From: an uncultured Gammaproteobacteria bacterium
Lineage (GTDB): Bacteria; Patescibacteriota; Patescibacteriia; VMEV01; CAYQCH01
Direction: 5' to 3'
DNA length: 64,000 nt
Assembly (NCBI GenBank): GCA_964503955.1
Contig: CAZDCG010000002.1
Span: forward strand, 77,047-141,046
The position numbers and the translations under genes are program-made. Positions 1 through 10,059 of the stretch are shown one piece after another. Position 1 is the first letter of the stretch. Every line of letters begins with the position of its first letter. The notes under the pieces were generated by a model, which saw only the letters and a list, made by a program, of their open reading frames with translations, was not told where the DNA came from and ran no database searches.

Positions 1-405
1 GGCATCAGGCTGCTCATACATAATGACGCGTATCAGCTCACCACTTCGCCGGAAAACGCGCAGTTGATCGAACAGGTCTTTGCGGCCGAAATGAGCGGAG
101 AATTGACAAAGCCGGCGCTGGAAACCCTCACCATCATCGCGTATCGCGGCCCCATTTCCAAACCAGAACTTGAACTCATTCGCGGTGTCAACTGCAGCTT
201 GATCCTGCGCAATTTAATGATGCGCGGCCTGGTTGTTGAGGAGCAGGGGAAAGAGGACTTTCTGCCGGTGTATTCCGCATCCGGTGAATTCCTGCAGTAT
301 CTGGGGTTTTCTTCCGTGAAGGAATTACCGCAATTTGAAGAGCTTTCAAGCCACCAGCTGCTTGAAGAATTGCTTAAACAACGTACGCAGAATCAAGCTT
401 CATAA
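1..405 (+). CDS. scpB: Segregation and condensation protein B, C-terminal part (5' end lies outside the window)
   Basis: Frame is open from nt 1. The C-terminal block ALETLTIIAYRGPISKPELELIRGV matches the conserved ScpB winged-helix motif. Confidence 0.7.
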   Translation, partial: GIRLLIHNDAYQLTTSPENAQLIEQVFAAEMSGELTKPALETLTIIAYRGPISKPELELIRGVNCSLILRNLMMRGLVVEEQGKEDFLPVYSASGEFLQYLGFSSVKELPQFEELSSHQLLEELLKQRTQNQAS

Positions 406-407
406 GT

Positions 408-1400
408 ATGCTGCTCTCCCTCATCCTTCAAACGTTCCTGCTAACGAGCTTTCAGCCGAATTCCGGCGGACACGCTTCTTCGATGCCCATGGTTGTTTCC
501 GCTTCCGTTCCTTTGCAGCCGCAATATGAAACGATCGAGGCGGTGGATGAAGTCACCGGCCAGCGCTTCGCGCATACGTTGCCAAGGGTTGAAGACACAG
601 GTTTTGGACCAAAGCGCCTTGATCCCGACAGTCTGGGTATCCTGACTTCCGCGTCCAGCGCTTTGGTGCTTGATCGGCGAACATCGCAGATTCTTTTTGC
701 CAAGGAGGCAGAGAGGGTGCGGCCGATCGCAAGCATGACCAAGCTGATGACAGTCTACACCCTCATGCGGGAGGGAATTGCATTTGATGAAACGCTGACA
801 ATTCAGCCTTCGGATTTTCGTCTTGGCGGCAGAATCAACCTGTTTACCGGAGAAACATTCTTGGTGCAGGATGTCTGGATGGCTGCTTTGATCGCGTCGG
901 ATAATCTTGCTATCGCCGCGCTGGTAAGGCATGCGGGTTACGATGAACCTGAATTCGTCGAAAAAATGAATCAGTATGCCAAAGAACTTGGGATGACGCA
1001 TTCACGATTTGTGGAGCCCACAGGTATTGACCGAGGGAATGTTTCAACCGCCTCTGATTTGGCAAAAATTCTTGATATAACCATGCAGATTCCTGAAATC
1101 GCTGACGCGCTCAGGCGGCCTGTGTATACCTTCAAGCCGGTCAATAAAGATGTCGAAAGAAAAGTCATCAATACGAATGAATTGCTTGGTTCTTTCGTAG
1201 ACACGGGTGCTCAAACCATTCTTGGCGGCAAAACAGGTTTTACCTATGAAGCCGGCTACTGTCTAGGGGTTGTTGCCGATGGCCCGCAGAATAATGATGA
1301 AATCATCGTGGTGGCATTGGGCGCGGATACGATTGATCAACGATTCCTTGACGTGAAAGGACTTATTGAATGGGCGTATCGAACCTATCAGTGGCAATAA
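408..1400 (+). CDS. D-alanyl-D-alanine carboxypeptidase (peptidase S11, PBP5-like) with N-terminal signal peptide
   Basis: SxxK (ASMTK), SxN (SDN) and KTG (GGKTGFT) motifs in the right order. Hydrophobic N-terminus. Confidence 0.8.
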   Translation: MLLSLILQTFLLTSFQPNSGGHASSMPMVVSASVPLQPQYETIEAVDEVTGQRFAHTLPRVEDTGFGPKRLDPDSLGILTSASSALVLDRRTSQILFAKEAERVRPIASMTKLMTVYTLMREGIAFDETLTIQPSDFRLGGRINLFTGETFLVQDVWMAALIASDNLAIAALVRHAGYDEPEFVEKMNQYAKELGMTHSRFVEPTGIDRGNVSTASDLAKILDITMQIPEIADALRRPVYTFKPVNKDVERKVINTNELLGSFVDTGAQTILGGKTGFTYEAGYCLGVVADGPQNNDEIIVVALGADTIDQRFLDVKGLIEWAYRTYQWQ

Positions 1401-1402
1401 AC

Positions 1403-1894
1403 ATGACGGACGCATTACTACAACTTCTTGGTGGGATCCCTCCTCTGCTGGCGGTTTTTCTTCTTGCGGCTGTTCCTGTCATTGAGGTGCGAGGCGCGAT
1501 TCCGGTGGGGCTTGGGATTTATCAGCTGCCGCTTTGGCAATTATTTGCCGTTGTAACAGCAGGCAATATCCTGCCTGCCTTGTTCATCCTGTATGGATGG
1601 GATGCCTTCGTGCGATTCCTTTCAACACATTGGTCGACTCTGGAGCAGCTGCTGCAGAAGTGGTACTTGAAAACGCAGCTGAAGTGGGATGCCAAAATCG
1701 AAAAATACGGTCCTTGGGCTCTGGTGCTTTTTGTCGCGGTGCCGCTTCCCGGATCCGGTGTCTGGAGCGGGGCATTGGCGGCCTGGATCTTTGGACTTGA
1801 AAAGAAAAAAGCCTTGCTGTCGATATTGATGGGCTCCGTGCTTTCCTCAATTCTCATCTATTTGCTTACCGTAACAGGCTTGCAGATTCTTTGA
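1403..1894 (+). CDS. Small polytopic membrane protein, small-multidrug-export (COG2426)-like
   Basis: Four predicted TM segments. Resembles the Sm_multidrug_ex family from memory. Start taken at the internal ATG (MTDALLQ). Confidence 0.45.
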   Translation: MTDALLQLLGGIPPLLAVFLLAAVPVIEVRGAIPVGLGIYQLPLWQLFAVVTAGNILPALFILYGWDAFVRFLSTHWSTLEQLLQKWYLKTQLKWDAKIEKYGPWALVLFVAVPLPGSGVWSGALAAWIFGLEKKKALLSILMGSVLSSILIYLLTVTGLQIL

Positions 1895-1897
1895 TTT

Positions 1898-2653
1898 ATG
1901 CGTAAGATGGTCGCCAACTGGAAAATGTACCTGACCATTCAGGAAAGCAGGGAATTAGCCGCGCTTTTGCGGGATTGGCTTGCAAAAACGCCTTGCCCGG
2001 GTGTTGATCTGATTGTCTGTCCAAGCACGCTGGCCATCCACGATGTCCGCCAGCAGCTTGGCAATGCCAGGGTCAAACTCGGACTTCAGGAGATCTCGCT
2101 TTCAAAGGAGCTCGGCGCGTTCACCGGCCAGCAGAGCGCGCAGCAGGCTGTTGAGGTGGGGGTGACGCATGCCTTAACCGGGCATTCTGAAATGAGAGAA
2201 TTCTTTGACATCTCCGACGAGCATGTTGCCCGCCAGGTCCACGCGGCGCTTGCCCACGATCTGGTTCCTATTATCTGCGTTGGTGAAACAAAGAGCGAGT
2301 ACGATCAGCGTTTGTCTGAGAAGGTGGTCATCAACCAGCTGAAAACTATTCTGGGGCAGGTCGCGCATACCGAGAAAGAGCTGCTGATCGCCTACGAACC
2401 ACGATGGGCGATTGGCGCGGGCAAGCCGCTTGAACCCTCGCAAGCTGCAGCGCTCTGCGTGACGATTCAAGATACGGTGAAGGAACTTGGTTTGGGCAAT
2501 GCCTCGGTATTGTATGGTGGCAGTATTTCTGCGGAAACCATCCCGGCATTTTTGGAGCAAACGGCTTATCAAGGATTTCTCGTTGGTTCCGCCGGCGCGA
2601 AAGTGGAATCGCTCGCCAAACTTCTGCACGTTTTAGAACAATCGGTTTGTTAA
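1898..2653 (+). CDS. tpiA: Triosephosphate isomerase
   Basis: ANWKM N-terminus, GHSE motif, YEPRWAIGAG (YEPxWAIGTG) motif. Confidence 0.92.
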   Translation: MRKMVANWKMYLTIQESRELAALLRDWLAKTPCPGVDLIVCPSTLAIHDVRQQLGNARVKLGLQEISLSKELGAFTGQQSAQQAVEVGVTHALTGHSEMREFFDISDEHVARQVHAALAHDLVPIICVGETKSEYDQRLSEKVVINQLKTILGQVAHTEKELLIAYEPRWAIGAGKPLEPSQAAALCVTIQDTVKELGLGNASVLYGGSISAETIPAFLEQTAYQGFLVGSAGAKVESLAKLLHVLEQSVC

Positions 2654-2657
2654 TTTT

Positions 2658-3500
2658 ATGATCGCATTTTTTCTTCCTTTAGTACTCATCCTCTTCGGAA
2701 TCGTTTTGCTGACCGTGATTATTGTCCGTCATTTCCCGCAGGCTGCTTCCATTGATCTTGAAAGTCTGCCGGCTGAGCAGGAAGCTGCCATGAAAGCCGC
2801 GTTGATGGAGCGCCGTCTCAAGCGCAAGCTCATGAATTTCAAAAATCGTCTGGTGCCGGCGTTTCGAAGAATCGGGCAATGGTTTCAAAAGCGGGGGAAA
2901 AATTTCCATGCTCGTATCGCGCAAATGGAACAAAAATACCGCCAGCGTCCGAAAGCACTGACAGCCGAGCAGCAGGAAGAAGTACGCCAGAAAATCCGCG
3001 CGCTTGTTCAGTCGGCTTCAGAGCATGCGGCCCAGGAACAATGGTCGGAAGCGGAGAATAAATATATCGAAGTGCTAAGCTGGGATCCAAAAAACATTGA
3101 CGCCTATTTTGGATTGGCGGAAGTGTTTCTCTCCCGCAAGCAATTCCAGCAGGCGGGTGAAACATTTGCCTATCTGCTTAAGCTTGTTTCCATGCAGGAA
3201 TCCGGAGAGGATTTGCCTTCAGCATTTTCATCGGCCAGTACGTCTTCCCAGATCACCGAAGCGCACTATGATTATGCCGTGACCTTGCAAATTCTTCAGA
3301 AATTGCAAGAAGCCAAAAAGCAGATCAATATCGCTATTTCAAGAGATCCGAATAATCCAAAATACCTTGACAAAGCTGTAGAACTTAGTATTCTTTTAGA
3401 AGATAAGGCTGGCGCAAAAGAATTGCTAGAGCGGCTTACGGAAGTAAACCCGGAAAATCAGAAGCTTGAGACGCTCAAAGAGCAGGTCAGCCAGCTCTAA
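2658..3500 (+). CDS. Membrane-anchored TPR-repeat protein
   Basis: N-terminal TM helix followed by helical TPR-like repeats (AYFGLAEVFLSRKQFQQAGETF). Confidence 0.55.
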   Translation: MIAFFLPLVLILFGIVLLTVIIVRHFPQAASIDLESLPAEQEAAMKAALMERRLKRKLMNFKNRLVPAFRRIGQWFQKRGKNFHARIAQMEQKYRQRPKALTAEQQEEVRQKIRALVQSASEHAAQEQWSEAENKYIEVLSWDPKNIDAYFGLAEVFLSRKQFQQAGETFAYLLKLVSMQESGEDLPSAFSSASTSSQITEAHYDYAVTLQILQKLQEAKKQINIAISRDPNNPKYLDKAVELSILLEDKAGAKELLERLTEVNPENQKLETLKEQVSQL

Positions 3501-3554
3501 CTCCGTTCAAGGCATGGTCCTGACGGATTTTTGTTTCTCCGCCATTCAGTAGTT

Positions 3555-3575
3555 TCTTTGGAGCCGTTGTAGCTT
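3555..3575 (+). repeat. Partial direct copy of the 5' end of tRNA-Thr (tctttggagccgttgtagct)
   Basis: A 19-20-nt identical string recurs 90 bp downstream as the true tRNA 5' end. Confidence 0.6.
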
Positions 3576-3653
3576 CCTCCTCCGCTCCGCTTCGGTGGAC
3601 ACGGCAGGGGTGCTTGCCCGCCGGCGCTATTTTCCATCAGTAACATCTTTGGA

Positions 3654-3728
<75 letters not shown>

Positions 3729-3749
3729 AAGATGGTACATAAAATACCG

Positions 3750-3815
3750 TTGCGCGGCGGGGAGCACTTCCATAGTAAGCCCGCCCGCCGCAGCATCTCC
3801 CCAACGGCTCCAAGG
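3750..3815 (+). pseudogene. Degenerate tRNA-Thr mosaic (anticodon-arm-like segment plus exact copy of the T-arm 3' half and acceptor 3' end)
   Basis: gagcacttccatagtaag resembles the tRNA gagcacttccatggtaag. atctccccaacggctccaa repeats the tRNA 3' end. These are embedded in the GC hairpin gcggcggg/cccgccgc. Confidence 0.5.
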
Positions 3816-3917
3816 AAAGTATGGATGAAACCACCGCGTCTTGATCAGGCGCTTTTTTGTTACAGAAGTGACTGGTATGATCTATTTGAACGAGTGATCC
3901 GCTTATCTTCATCATGT

Positions 3918-4895
3918 ATGCAGTATCCACCCACGCTCTCGCAGTATTTGCTCAGCCAGCTTGCAGAAAATCCTGAATGCCACCAGTTGGCGCTGATTAT
4001 GCAGGACTTGGCTGTGATCGGCAAACTAATTTCAGCGCAGATCAATAAAGCCGGGCTGCTCAATATTCTTGGTGCAGCGGGACTGACGAATATTCAAGGC
4101 GAACAGGTGCAGAAACTGGATGTGCTTGCCAATACGCTCTGCAGAACATATTTGAGCCGGACGGGACATTTTGCCGCCATGGCTTCTGAAGAAGAGGAAA
4201 TGCTTGTCGAGCTTGGCGAAATGGGCAAAGATGCGAAATACGTGATCGCCTTTGACCCGCTTGACGGCTCCAGCAATATCGACGTGAATGTCAGCATTGG
4301 CACGATCTTCTCCGTTCTCAGGCGAAGGATCGACATTGATCGGTCAGACGAGCGCCAATTCCAGCAAAAGGGAAGCGAACAGGTGCTTGCCGGGTATATC
4401 CTTTATGGATCAAGCACGGTTTTGGTTTTTTCCTTTGGCGACGGAGTCCATGAGTTCACGCTTGATCAGTCTCTTGGCGAGTTTTTTCTCTCGCATGAAC
4501 GTATTCAGATGCCTGATACCTGCGCGTATCTGAGCATCAATGAAATTAATCTGCCGCAGACTACTCAAGACATCAGAGATTTCGTGGAGCAGGTTAAGCG
4601 CGAGCATGAACCCCGTTGCCGCTATATCGGCTCGCTTGTGGCGGATTTTCATCGCAATCTTAAAAAGGGCGGTGTCTTTTTGTATCCATCCGTCGACGAA
4701 AGGGGAACTGGTGGGTACAAGGCCAAGCTGCGCCTGAATTATGAAGCAAAACCCATGGCCTTTTTGCTGGCTCAGGCAGGAGGATACTCAACAAACGGAC
4801 AACATGATATTCTTGATTTAGAAGGAGAATCCCTGCATCAAAGGGTACCGTTGATATTTGGAAATAAAGGTATTGTTAAGCTTTTAGAGATATAA
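3918..4895 (+). CDS. fbp: Fructose-1,6-bisphosphatase class 1
   Basis: DPLDGSSNIDVNVSIGTIFSV motif. N-terminus aligns with E. coli Fbp from the MQYPP start. The longer ORF prefix would run through the tRNA, so it was trimmed. Confidence 0.85.
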   Translation: MQYPPTLSQYLLSQLAENPECHQLALIMQDLAVIGKLISAQINKAGLLNILGAAGLTNIQGEQVQKLDVLANTLCRTYLSRTGHFAAMASEEEEMLVELGEMGKDAKYVIAFDPLDGSSNIDVNVSIGTIFSVLRRRIDIDRSDERQFQQKGSEQVLAGYILYGSSTVLVFSFGDGVHEFTLDQSLGEFFLSHERIQMPDTCAYLSINEINLPQTTQDIRDFVEQVKREHEPRCRYIGSLVADFHRNLKKGGVFLYPSVDERGTGGYKAKLRLNYEAKPMAFLLAQAGGYSTNGQHDILDLEGESLHQRVPLIFGNKGIVKLLEI

Positions 4896-4990
4896 CGGAC
4901 GCACAGGCCCCAACATCTCATAGACGTTTAAACATGTCTGTGAGCTCGCCTTTCGGCGGCAGGTCTGGCACGTCTGCGAATCTTGCCCCT

Positions 4991-6007
4991 ATGAATACAG
5001 AGTATTTGCGCAACGTTGCCAAACAGCTCGTTGCTTCCGGCAAAGGAATTCTTGCGATCGATGAGAGTTTTCGCACCAGTGAAAAACGTTTTCTTGCGTC
5101 CGGCGTGGAACATACGGAAGAAAACCGCCGCTTATACCGCCAGCTTTTGGTCACTGCTCCTGAGATCGAAAACTATGTGAGCGGTTATATTCTCTTTGAC
5201 GAAACGATTCGACAACAAACAGATGCAGGCATTCCTTTTCCGGCTGTCTTGTCGGAAAAAGGGATTTTGACAGGGATAAAGGTGGATACAGGAGCAGTAG
5301 ATTTTGACAGTCATCCGGGAGAGAAAATCACAACAGGTCTTGACGGACTTGAATCAAGGCTGGGTGAATACAAGACCCTTGGTGCTTCTTTTGCCAAGTG
5401 GAGAGCCGTCATTTCCATTGGGGAGCATATCCCCTCAGAAGAATGTCTTCTTGCCAATGCGCAGGCATTAGCCGAGTATGCGGCCGCATGCCAGCAGGCT
5501 GATATCGTGCCGATTGTCGAGCCCGAGGTGCTCATGGACGGGGATCACGCAATTGAACGATGTTATGAAGTAACCGCGCGCAATTTCGATATCTTGTTTT
5601 CGACATTGAGCGAATACGACATTGATCTGCCAGGGATGCTGCTGAAAACAAGCATGGTTGTGTCTGGCGCAGATGCTTCAAGCCGGGCCGGCATCACAGA
5701 AGTGGCCGAGCAAACAGTTGATTGTCTGAAGAAACATGTTCCAGAAGAACTTGCGGGAGTGGTCTTTCTGTCCGGAGGGCAGGGTGACGTGGAAGCAACA
5801 GCCCATCTGCAAGCAATGGCAGAAATCGGAGGCTTGCCATGGCCTCTAAGCTTCTCCTACGGGCGCGCGATCCAGAATCCTGCCATGGAATTATGGTCAA
5901 AAGACCCTCAAAACACACAGGCTGCGCAGGCTGCTTTGCTGCATCGCGCGAAAATGAACTCACTTGCCGCGCAAGGCAAATATTCCCAGGGTTTGGAAAA
6001 CGCGTAA
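4991..6007 (+). CDS. fba: Fructose-bisphosphate aldolase, class I (Schiff-base type)
   Basis: GKGILAIDES ... ENRRLYRQLL signature of the class I glycolytic aldolase family. Alternative start at 4934. Confidence 0.8.
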   Translation: MNTEYLRNVAKQLVASGKGILAIDESFRTSEKRFLASGVEHTEENRRLYRQLLVTAPEIENYVSGYILFDETIRQQTDAGIPFPAVLSEKGILTGIKVDTGAVDFDSHPGEKITTGLDGLESRLGEYKTLGASFAKWRAVISIGEHIPSEECLLANAQALAEYAAACQQADIVPIVEPEVLMDGDHAIERCYEVTARNFDILFSTLSEYDIDLPGMLLKTSMVVSGADASSRAGITEVAEQTVDCLKKHVPEELAGVVFLSGGQGDVEATAHLQAMAEIGGLPWPLSFSYGRAIQNPAMELWSKDPQNTQAAQAALLHRAKMNSLAAQGKYSQGLENA

Positions 6008-6059
6008 GATCAATCCGCCTGATCCGTTACATAGATGTGAACCTTTTTTACATCTATTT

Positions 6060-7493
6060 ATGTCGAAAAAAACGAATATTTTACTGCTTGTAAGCTCGCT
6101 TGCGGCGGGGATTTTAAGCGATTGGTTTTTTATTCATCATTACTACGGCATTTCCGTGCCGCTTTTTATTTTATTTTTGTATAGTTCCTTTTTCCTGATC
6201 TTGGGAGAAAAAATCCGCTATCGGCAAAAAAGCGCCTGGTTATTTGCCGCCAGCACCATGCTCATTTCTCTGAATTTTTTTCTCTACGAAAATGAAGGAT
6301 TGCAGAGCATAAACCACCTTGTCGTTCCATTTTTGTTCGCCGTATCGCTTTTACTGTTCACCGGACATTCGCTTCTCAGCTGGTATCGAGCAGGCATGCT
6401 CATTCAGGTAATCCAAACGGCCGTTGAAGCAGTCATTGGCGTCAAACAGCCTTTCGCTTTTCTCGCAAGCTTATCATTTGGGAAAACAGGGAATCATATT
6501 TTTGCCGCAGCAAAGGCTTTGCTGATCAGTCTGCCGGTGGTTGGATTGGTTATTGCTCTGCTGATCAGGGCTGATCTTAAATTCAGAGGATTTTTCCAGT
6601 CCTGGGGCCAATGGTTTGAGCGCATAGAGCTTGGAACGCATATGCTTGATCTGTTTGTTGTCGCCTTCATTGCGCTTGCAACAGCAAGTTTCTTTTTTCT
6701 GCTGGCAACTAGACAGCCGGCAGACGATGCGCCAGGAAAAACGTGGCAAAATAACAGCCTCGTTGCGATCACATTGTTAACGATGCTTGTCATTGTCTAC
6801 GGGTTCTTTGTGGCAGTGCAGTTTGCGTACCTCTTCGGCGGAGATTCGGGAGTATTTCTTGAGACATATACCTATGCCGAATACGCGAGAAAAGGCTTCT
6901 TTGAACTCATTGGCGTGGGGTTGATCAATCTAGCAGTGGCGCTTGCAATCGCCTCAATGAAACCGCATCAAAGCCGTGCCGTGCAGAGCGTGCAAGCGGG
7001 ATTGCTTGGGTGTATGATTGCGTTCAGTTTCATCATCCTTGCATCCGCCCATATGCGCTTAAGTCTCTATGAACAGGCCTACGGCTTTACGTATGATCGA
7101 GTCTACGCGCATCTGATTATTGTTTTGCTTGCGATTTTGTTTACTTTTGCATTTGCGGCACTCTTTTACAAAAGAATCCTGTTGCAGAGGGAAATTGTCG
7201 CTGCGTCTTTGTGCATGCTGGTAGTAGTTAATCTTCTTCCATTAGGCCAATACATCGCGCAAAAAAACGTGAATCACTACGAGCAGAGTGGCAAGATAGA
7301 TTTTTCGTATCTCAGCCGCTTGCGGGCAGACGCATTGCCTGCAGTAAGCATTTTGGAACAGAGCGGAGCGCAAGAAGAAGTGAAAAAGCTGTATGATAAC
7401 ATGCACGCGCGATTAGAAAAAGATCAGTATCAAGGAGTGCCAGCCTTTAATCTTTCCCGTTTCAAAGCGAAGAACATCATAAGCGAACGATGA
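6060..7493 (+). CDS. Polytopic integral membrane protein (about 12 TM), DUF4153/DUF4173-like, with cytoplasmic C-terminal tail
   Basis: Hydrophobicity pattern only. Family assignment is tentative. Confidence 0.55.
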   Translation: MSKKTNILLLVSSLAAGILSDWFFIHHYYGISVPLFILFLYSSFFLILGEKIRYRQKSAWLFAASTMLISLNFFLYENEGLQSINHLVVPFLFAVSLLLFTGHSLLSWYRAGMLIQVIQTAVEAVIGVKQPFAFLASLSFGKTGNHIFAAAKALLISLPVVGLVIALLIRADLKFRGFFQSWGQWFERIELGTHMLDLFVVAFIALATASFFFLLATRQPADDAPGKTWQNNSLVAITLLTMLVIVYGFFVAVQFAYLFGGDSGVFLETYTYAEYARKGFFELIGVGLINLAVALAIASMKPHQSRAVQSVQAGLLGCMIAFSFIILASAHMRLSLYEQAYGFTYDRVYAHLIIVLLAILFTFAFAALFYKRILLQREIVAASLCMLVVVNLLPLGQYIAQKNVNHYEQSGKIDFSYLSRLRADALPAVSILEQSGAQEEVKKLYDNMHARLEKDQYQGVPAFNLSRFKAKNIISER

Positions 7494-7559
7494 TGTTCAA
7501 TTGTCCACTTGCGGTAACTTTGTTCTCCTGAGAAAATAAATCCATAGAACGGAGGGGGC

Positions 7560-8126
7560 GTGGAGATAACTGATTTGCCGGATCCGATCGATGAGTTTGC
7601 CCGGCAGAATTGCTGGACGGCGCGTCGATGCAGGCTTGCATTCGAGATTCACCTGAAGCTCGAGCGTTTCGAGCACCTGATCAGGTACATGCTTGAGATG
7701 CCGATCTCGGAAATTGCGGCTGTTTCACCGTATCTTGCGCAGCAAGACATGCGGGGGGAGATCAAGCTTAGCAATTATGCGAAATTTGCGCCGGCAGGAG
7801 CGATGTTTCGCGAATGCCGGAGCGTGGCGTTTTTTTCTCGGCTGTGCAACTACCCACGATTGTTACTCACTCCGCACGGGAGTGAGCGGCTGTTCTATAT
7901 CCACGGTACGCTTTCGCCAAAGCATGGCATGGTCTGGGATTGGCGAGCGGTAGACCGGCTTGAGGAGAAGATTCACCGGGCTGCTGTCATGGTGATGCGG
8001 TGCAGCGTGAATTCTTTCCTTGAGCAGGATTTGATGTATTACCTTGGTTTGATGCGAGGGGCGAACTGTGCCGCTTCCACCATGAATCTTGGCGCGGGGC
8101 AGGGCAGCAATGCTTTTGTCCCGTAA
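7560..8126 (+). CDS. Hypothetical protein (GTG start, strong SD GGAGGGGG), elevated GC
   Basis: 188-aa ORF immediately preceded by GGAGGGGG. No recognisable motif. Confidence 0.45.
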   Translation: MEITDLPDPIDEFARQNCWTARRCRLAFEIHLKLERFEHLIRYMLEMPISEIAAVSPYLAQQDMRGEIKLSNYAKFAPAGAMFRECRSVAFFSRLCNYPRLLLTPHGSERLFYIHGTLSPKHGMVWDWRAVDRLEEKIHRAAVMVMRCSVNSFLEQDLMYYLGLMRGANCAASTMNLGAGQGSNAFVP

Positions 8127-8181
8127 CCGCAGAGACTGGCTCTGCGGACTTCCTTCGCCAGAGGGGAGGAGAGAAGTACAT

Positions 8182-8208
8182 AAAATCCCGCTGCTGAGGC
8201 GGGATTTT
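8182..8208. terminator. Bidirectional hairpin (aaaatcccgc-tgctgag-gcgggatttt) between convergent genes
   Basis: 10-bp stem flanked by an A-run and a T-run. A second hairpin ccgcagag/ctctgcgg lies at 8127-8147. Confidence 0.5.
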
Positions 8209-9199
8209 ATGCTGGAATGGCTTGCAGGATGCTGCGTATCTCATCCGGGCTTTGGGTGCGCACAAGCTGGGCGCGCATCGCGCTTGCATGCGGGTGGCCT
8301 TTGATATACCAGCCGAGATGTTTTCGCAGTTCAAGCAGACCATGATTACCCTTGGAGGTGAAAATACGCTCGGTATGCTGCAGGATAATGCCGCGGATCG
8401 TCAGCCAGTCCGGCTCCTGGTATGATCCTGTATTCAAATAGTCTTTGATCTGCTGGAGCAGCCATGGTTTGCCCATCACGCCTCGGCCGATGCCGACTCC
8501 GTCCACGCCGGTTTTTTCAAGCAGCTCTTTGGCAATCTCAGGCGTTGTGATGCCGCCGTTCACAAGGACAATCCGGTCGCCAACGAGCTCCTTGACGCGC
8601 TTGATCTGATCAATATCCAGCTCGCCTTGAAAACCTTGCTCATAGGTTCGGCCGTGGATCATGACGGCGGAGAAGGGGAGATCCTGGATATGTTCGATCA
8701 TTCTATCAGCGGTCATTTTGTCCACTCCGCAAGCGCCGGATTCCTGGTCTTCCACCTTCATATTGATACCGGCGCGGATTTTGAGCGAAACAGGGATGTT
8801 TTTTACCCCCTCTAGCGTTGCTTCCACGATGGCGCGCACTCTATCCAAATCCGTCATCAGCTTGACGCCTGATCCATGTTTGACCACGCGCTTTGACGGG
8901 CAGCCAAAGTTGATATCAACACCGTCCGCGCCCATTTGCTCGACTACGCCGGCGGCATGTTTGAACATTTCGGGTTCTTTTCCAAAAATCTGACAAACAT
9001 AAGGCCGCTGCGCTTCTTCATAGGCCATTTGCGGCTTCATGCGATCAAGCGCGTGGTAAATGCCGTCAACAGAAACAAATTCCGAATACACAATATCCGC
9101 GCCGCATTGTTTGAGAATGCCGCGAAACGCATTGTCCGTCACGCCGTCCATTGGAGCAACGGCGATAATCGGTTTTTTGAGCGTGTTCCAGAAATTCAT
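8207..9199 (-). CDS. dus: tRNA-dihydrouridine synthase
   Basis: IAVAPMDGVTD N-terminal motif and TIM-barrel FMN-binding pattern. Confidence 0.85.
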   Translation of the reverse strand: MNFWNTLKKPIIAVAPMDGVTDNAFRGILKQCGADIVYSEFVSVDGIYHALDRMKPQMAYEEAQRPYVCQIFGKEPEMFKHAAGVVEQMGADGVDINFGCPSKRVVKHGSGVKLMTDLDRVRAIVEATLEGVKNIPVSLKIRAGINMKVEDQESGACGVDKMTADRMIEHIQDLPFSAVMIHGRTYEQGFQGELDIDQIKRVKELVGDRIVLVNGGITTPEIAKELLEKTGVDGVGIGRGVMGKPWLLQQIKDYLNTGSYQEPDWLTIRGIILQHTERIFTSKGNHGLLELRKHLGWYIKGHPHASAMRAQLVRTQSPDEIRSILQAIPA

Positions 9200-9287
9200 A
9201 GTCAGAATAATATACTGATTTCTTAGTGGTCAGTCAACAGGCTTGGACAGGTTCTTGACAGGCGGTCTGTTCCGATAAAGACTTGCT

Positions 9288-9587
9288 GTGGAGGTCATCA
9301 TGAATTCTCAGGATCTGATCGCACTGGCCAGAAGGCGGCCTTGTACCTACTGCGGAGGGGATAGAGAGGAGGCGGTCCGGTACTTGAACGAATACCAGCA
9401 AGGAGAGCGGGTATCTGATGAGCTCGCCCGTTCAATCACCATCATTCGCCTGAAGGATGGAACTGAAGAAGCTTTTTTGAACGGTGAAGACATGCGTGCT
9501 CAGCAGCTGCGCAGAAGCCCTGCGTTCCTGTTCAGCGCGATCCATCGCATACATCCCGATGATTTGCTTCATACGGAACAAATCTGA
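9288..9587 (+). CDS. Hypothetical protein
   Basis: 99-aa ORF with SD GGAGG 6 nt upstream. No motif. Confidence 0.4.
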   Translation: MEVIMNSQDLIALARRRPCTYCGGDREEAVRYLNEYQQGERVSDELARSITIIRLKDGTEEAFLNGEDMRAQQLRRSPAFLFSAIHRIHPDDLLHTEQI

Positions 9588-9678
9588 GGTCTCCAATAAA
9601 AAGCCCGGGAGTTTGCCGTCTTTTCGACGAAGTATTCCCGGGTCTTCCTGTTTATGAGTTCCGTGACAGCAAAGGAAT

Positions 9679-10056
9679 CTATGCGATCTTTTTCCTCAAA
9701 ACCTTCTCCATCGTTTTTCCTTTCGCCAGTTCATCTATCAGCTTATCCAAATAGCGGATTTCGCGCATGAGGGGGTCTTTGATCTCTTCGATTCGAACGC
9801 CGCAAATCACGCCTGTGATGAATGATCGAGAAGGGTTTAGCTTTGGAGCTTTGGCAAAGAAGGTTTCAAAATCCGTTTCTTTCCTGATCTGTGATTCCAG
9901 ACCTTTCTGGGTATAGCCCGTCAACCATTTGATAATTTCATCCACTTCCTTTTTGGTGCGTCCTTTCTTTTCCGCTTTGGCAACATAGTGAGGGTAAACG
10001 CTTGCAAAGCTCATGGAGTAAATGCGATGCTTGGTCCCTGCCTTTTGATCCTTCAT
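9679..10056 (-). CDS. Conserved hypothetical protein, DUF2200-like
   Basis: [31 protein letters not shown] resembles the DUF2200 family as I recall it. Confidence 0.45.
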   Translation of the reverse strand: MKDQKAGTKHRIYSMSFASVYPHYVAKAEKKGRTKKEVDEIIKWLTGYTQKGLESQIRKETDFETFFAKAPKLNPSRSFITGVICGVRIEEIKDPLMREIRYLDKLIDELAKGKTMEKVLRKKIA

Positions 10057-10059
10057 AAC

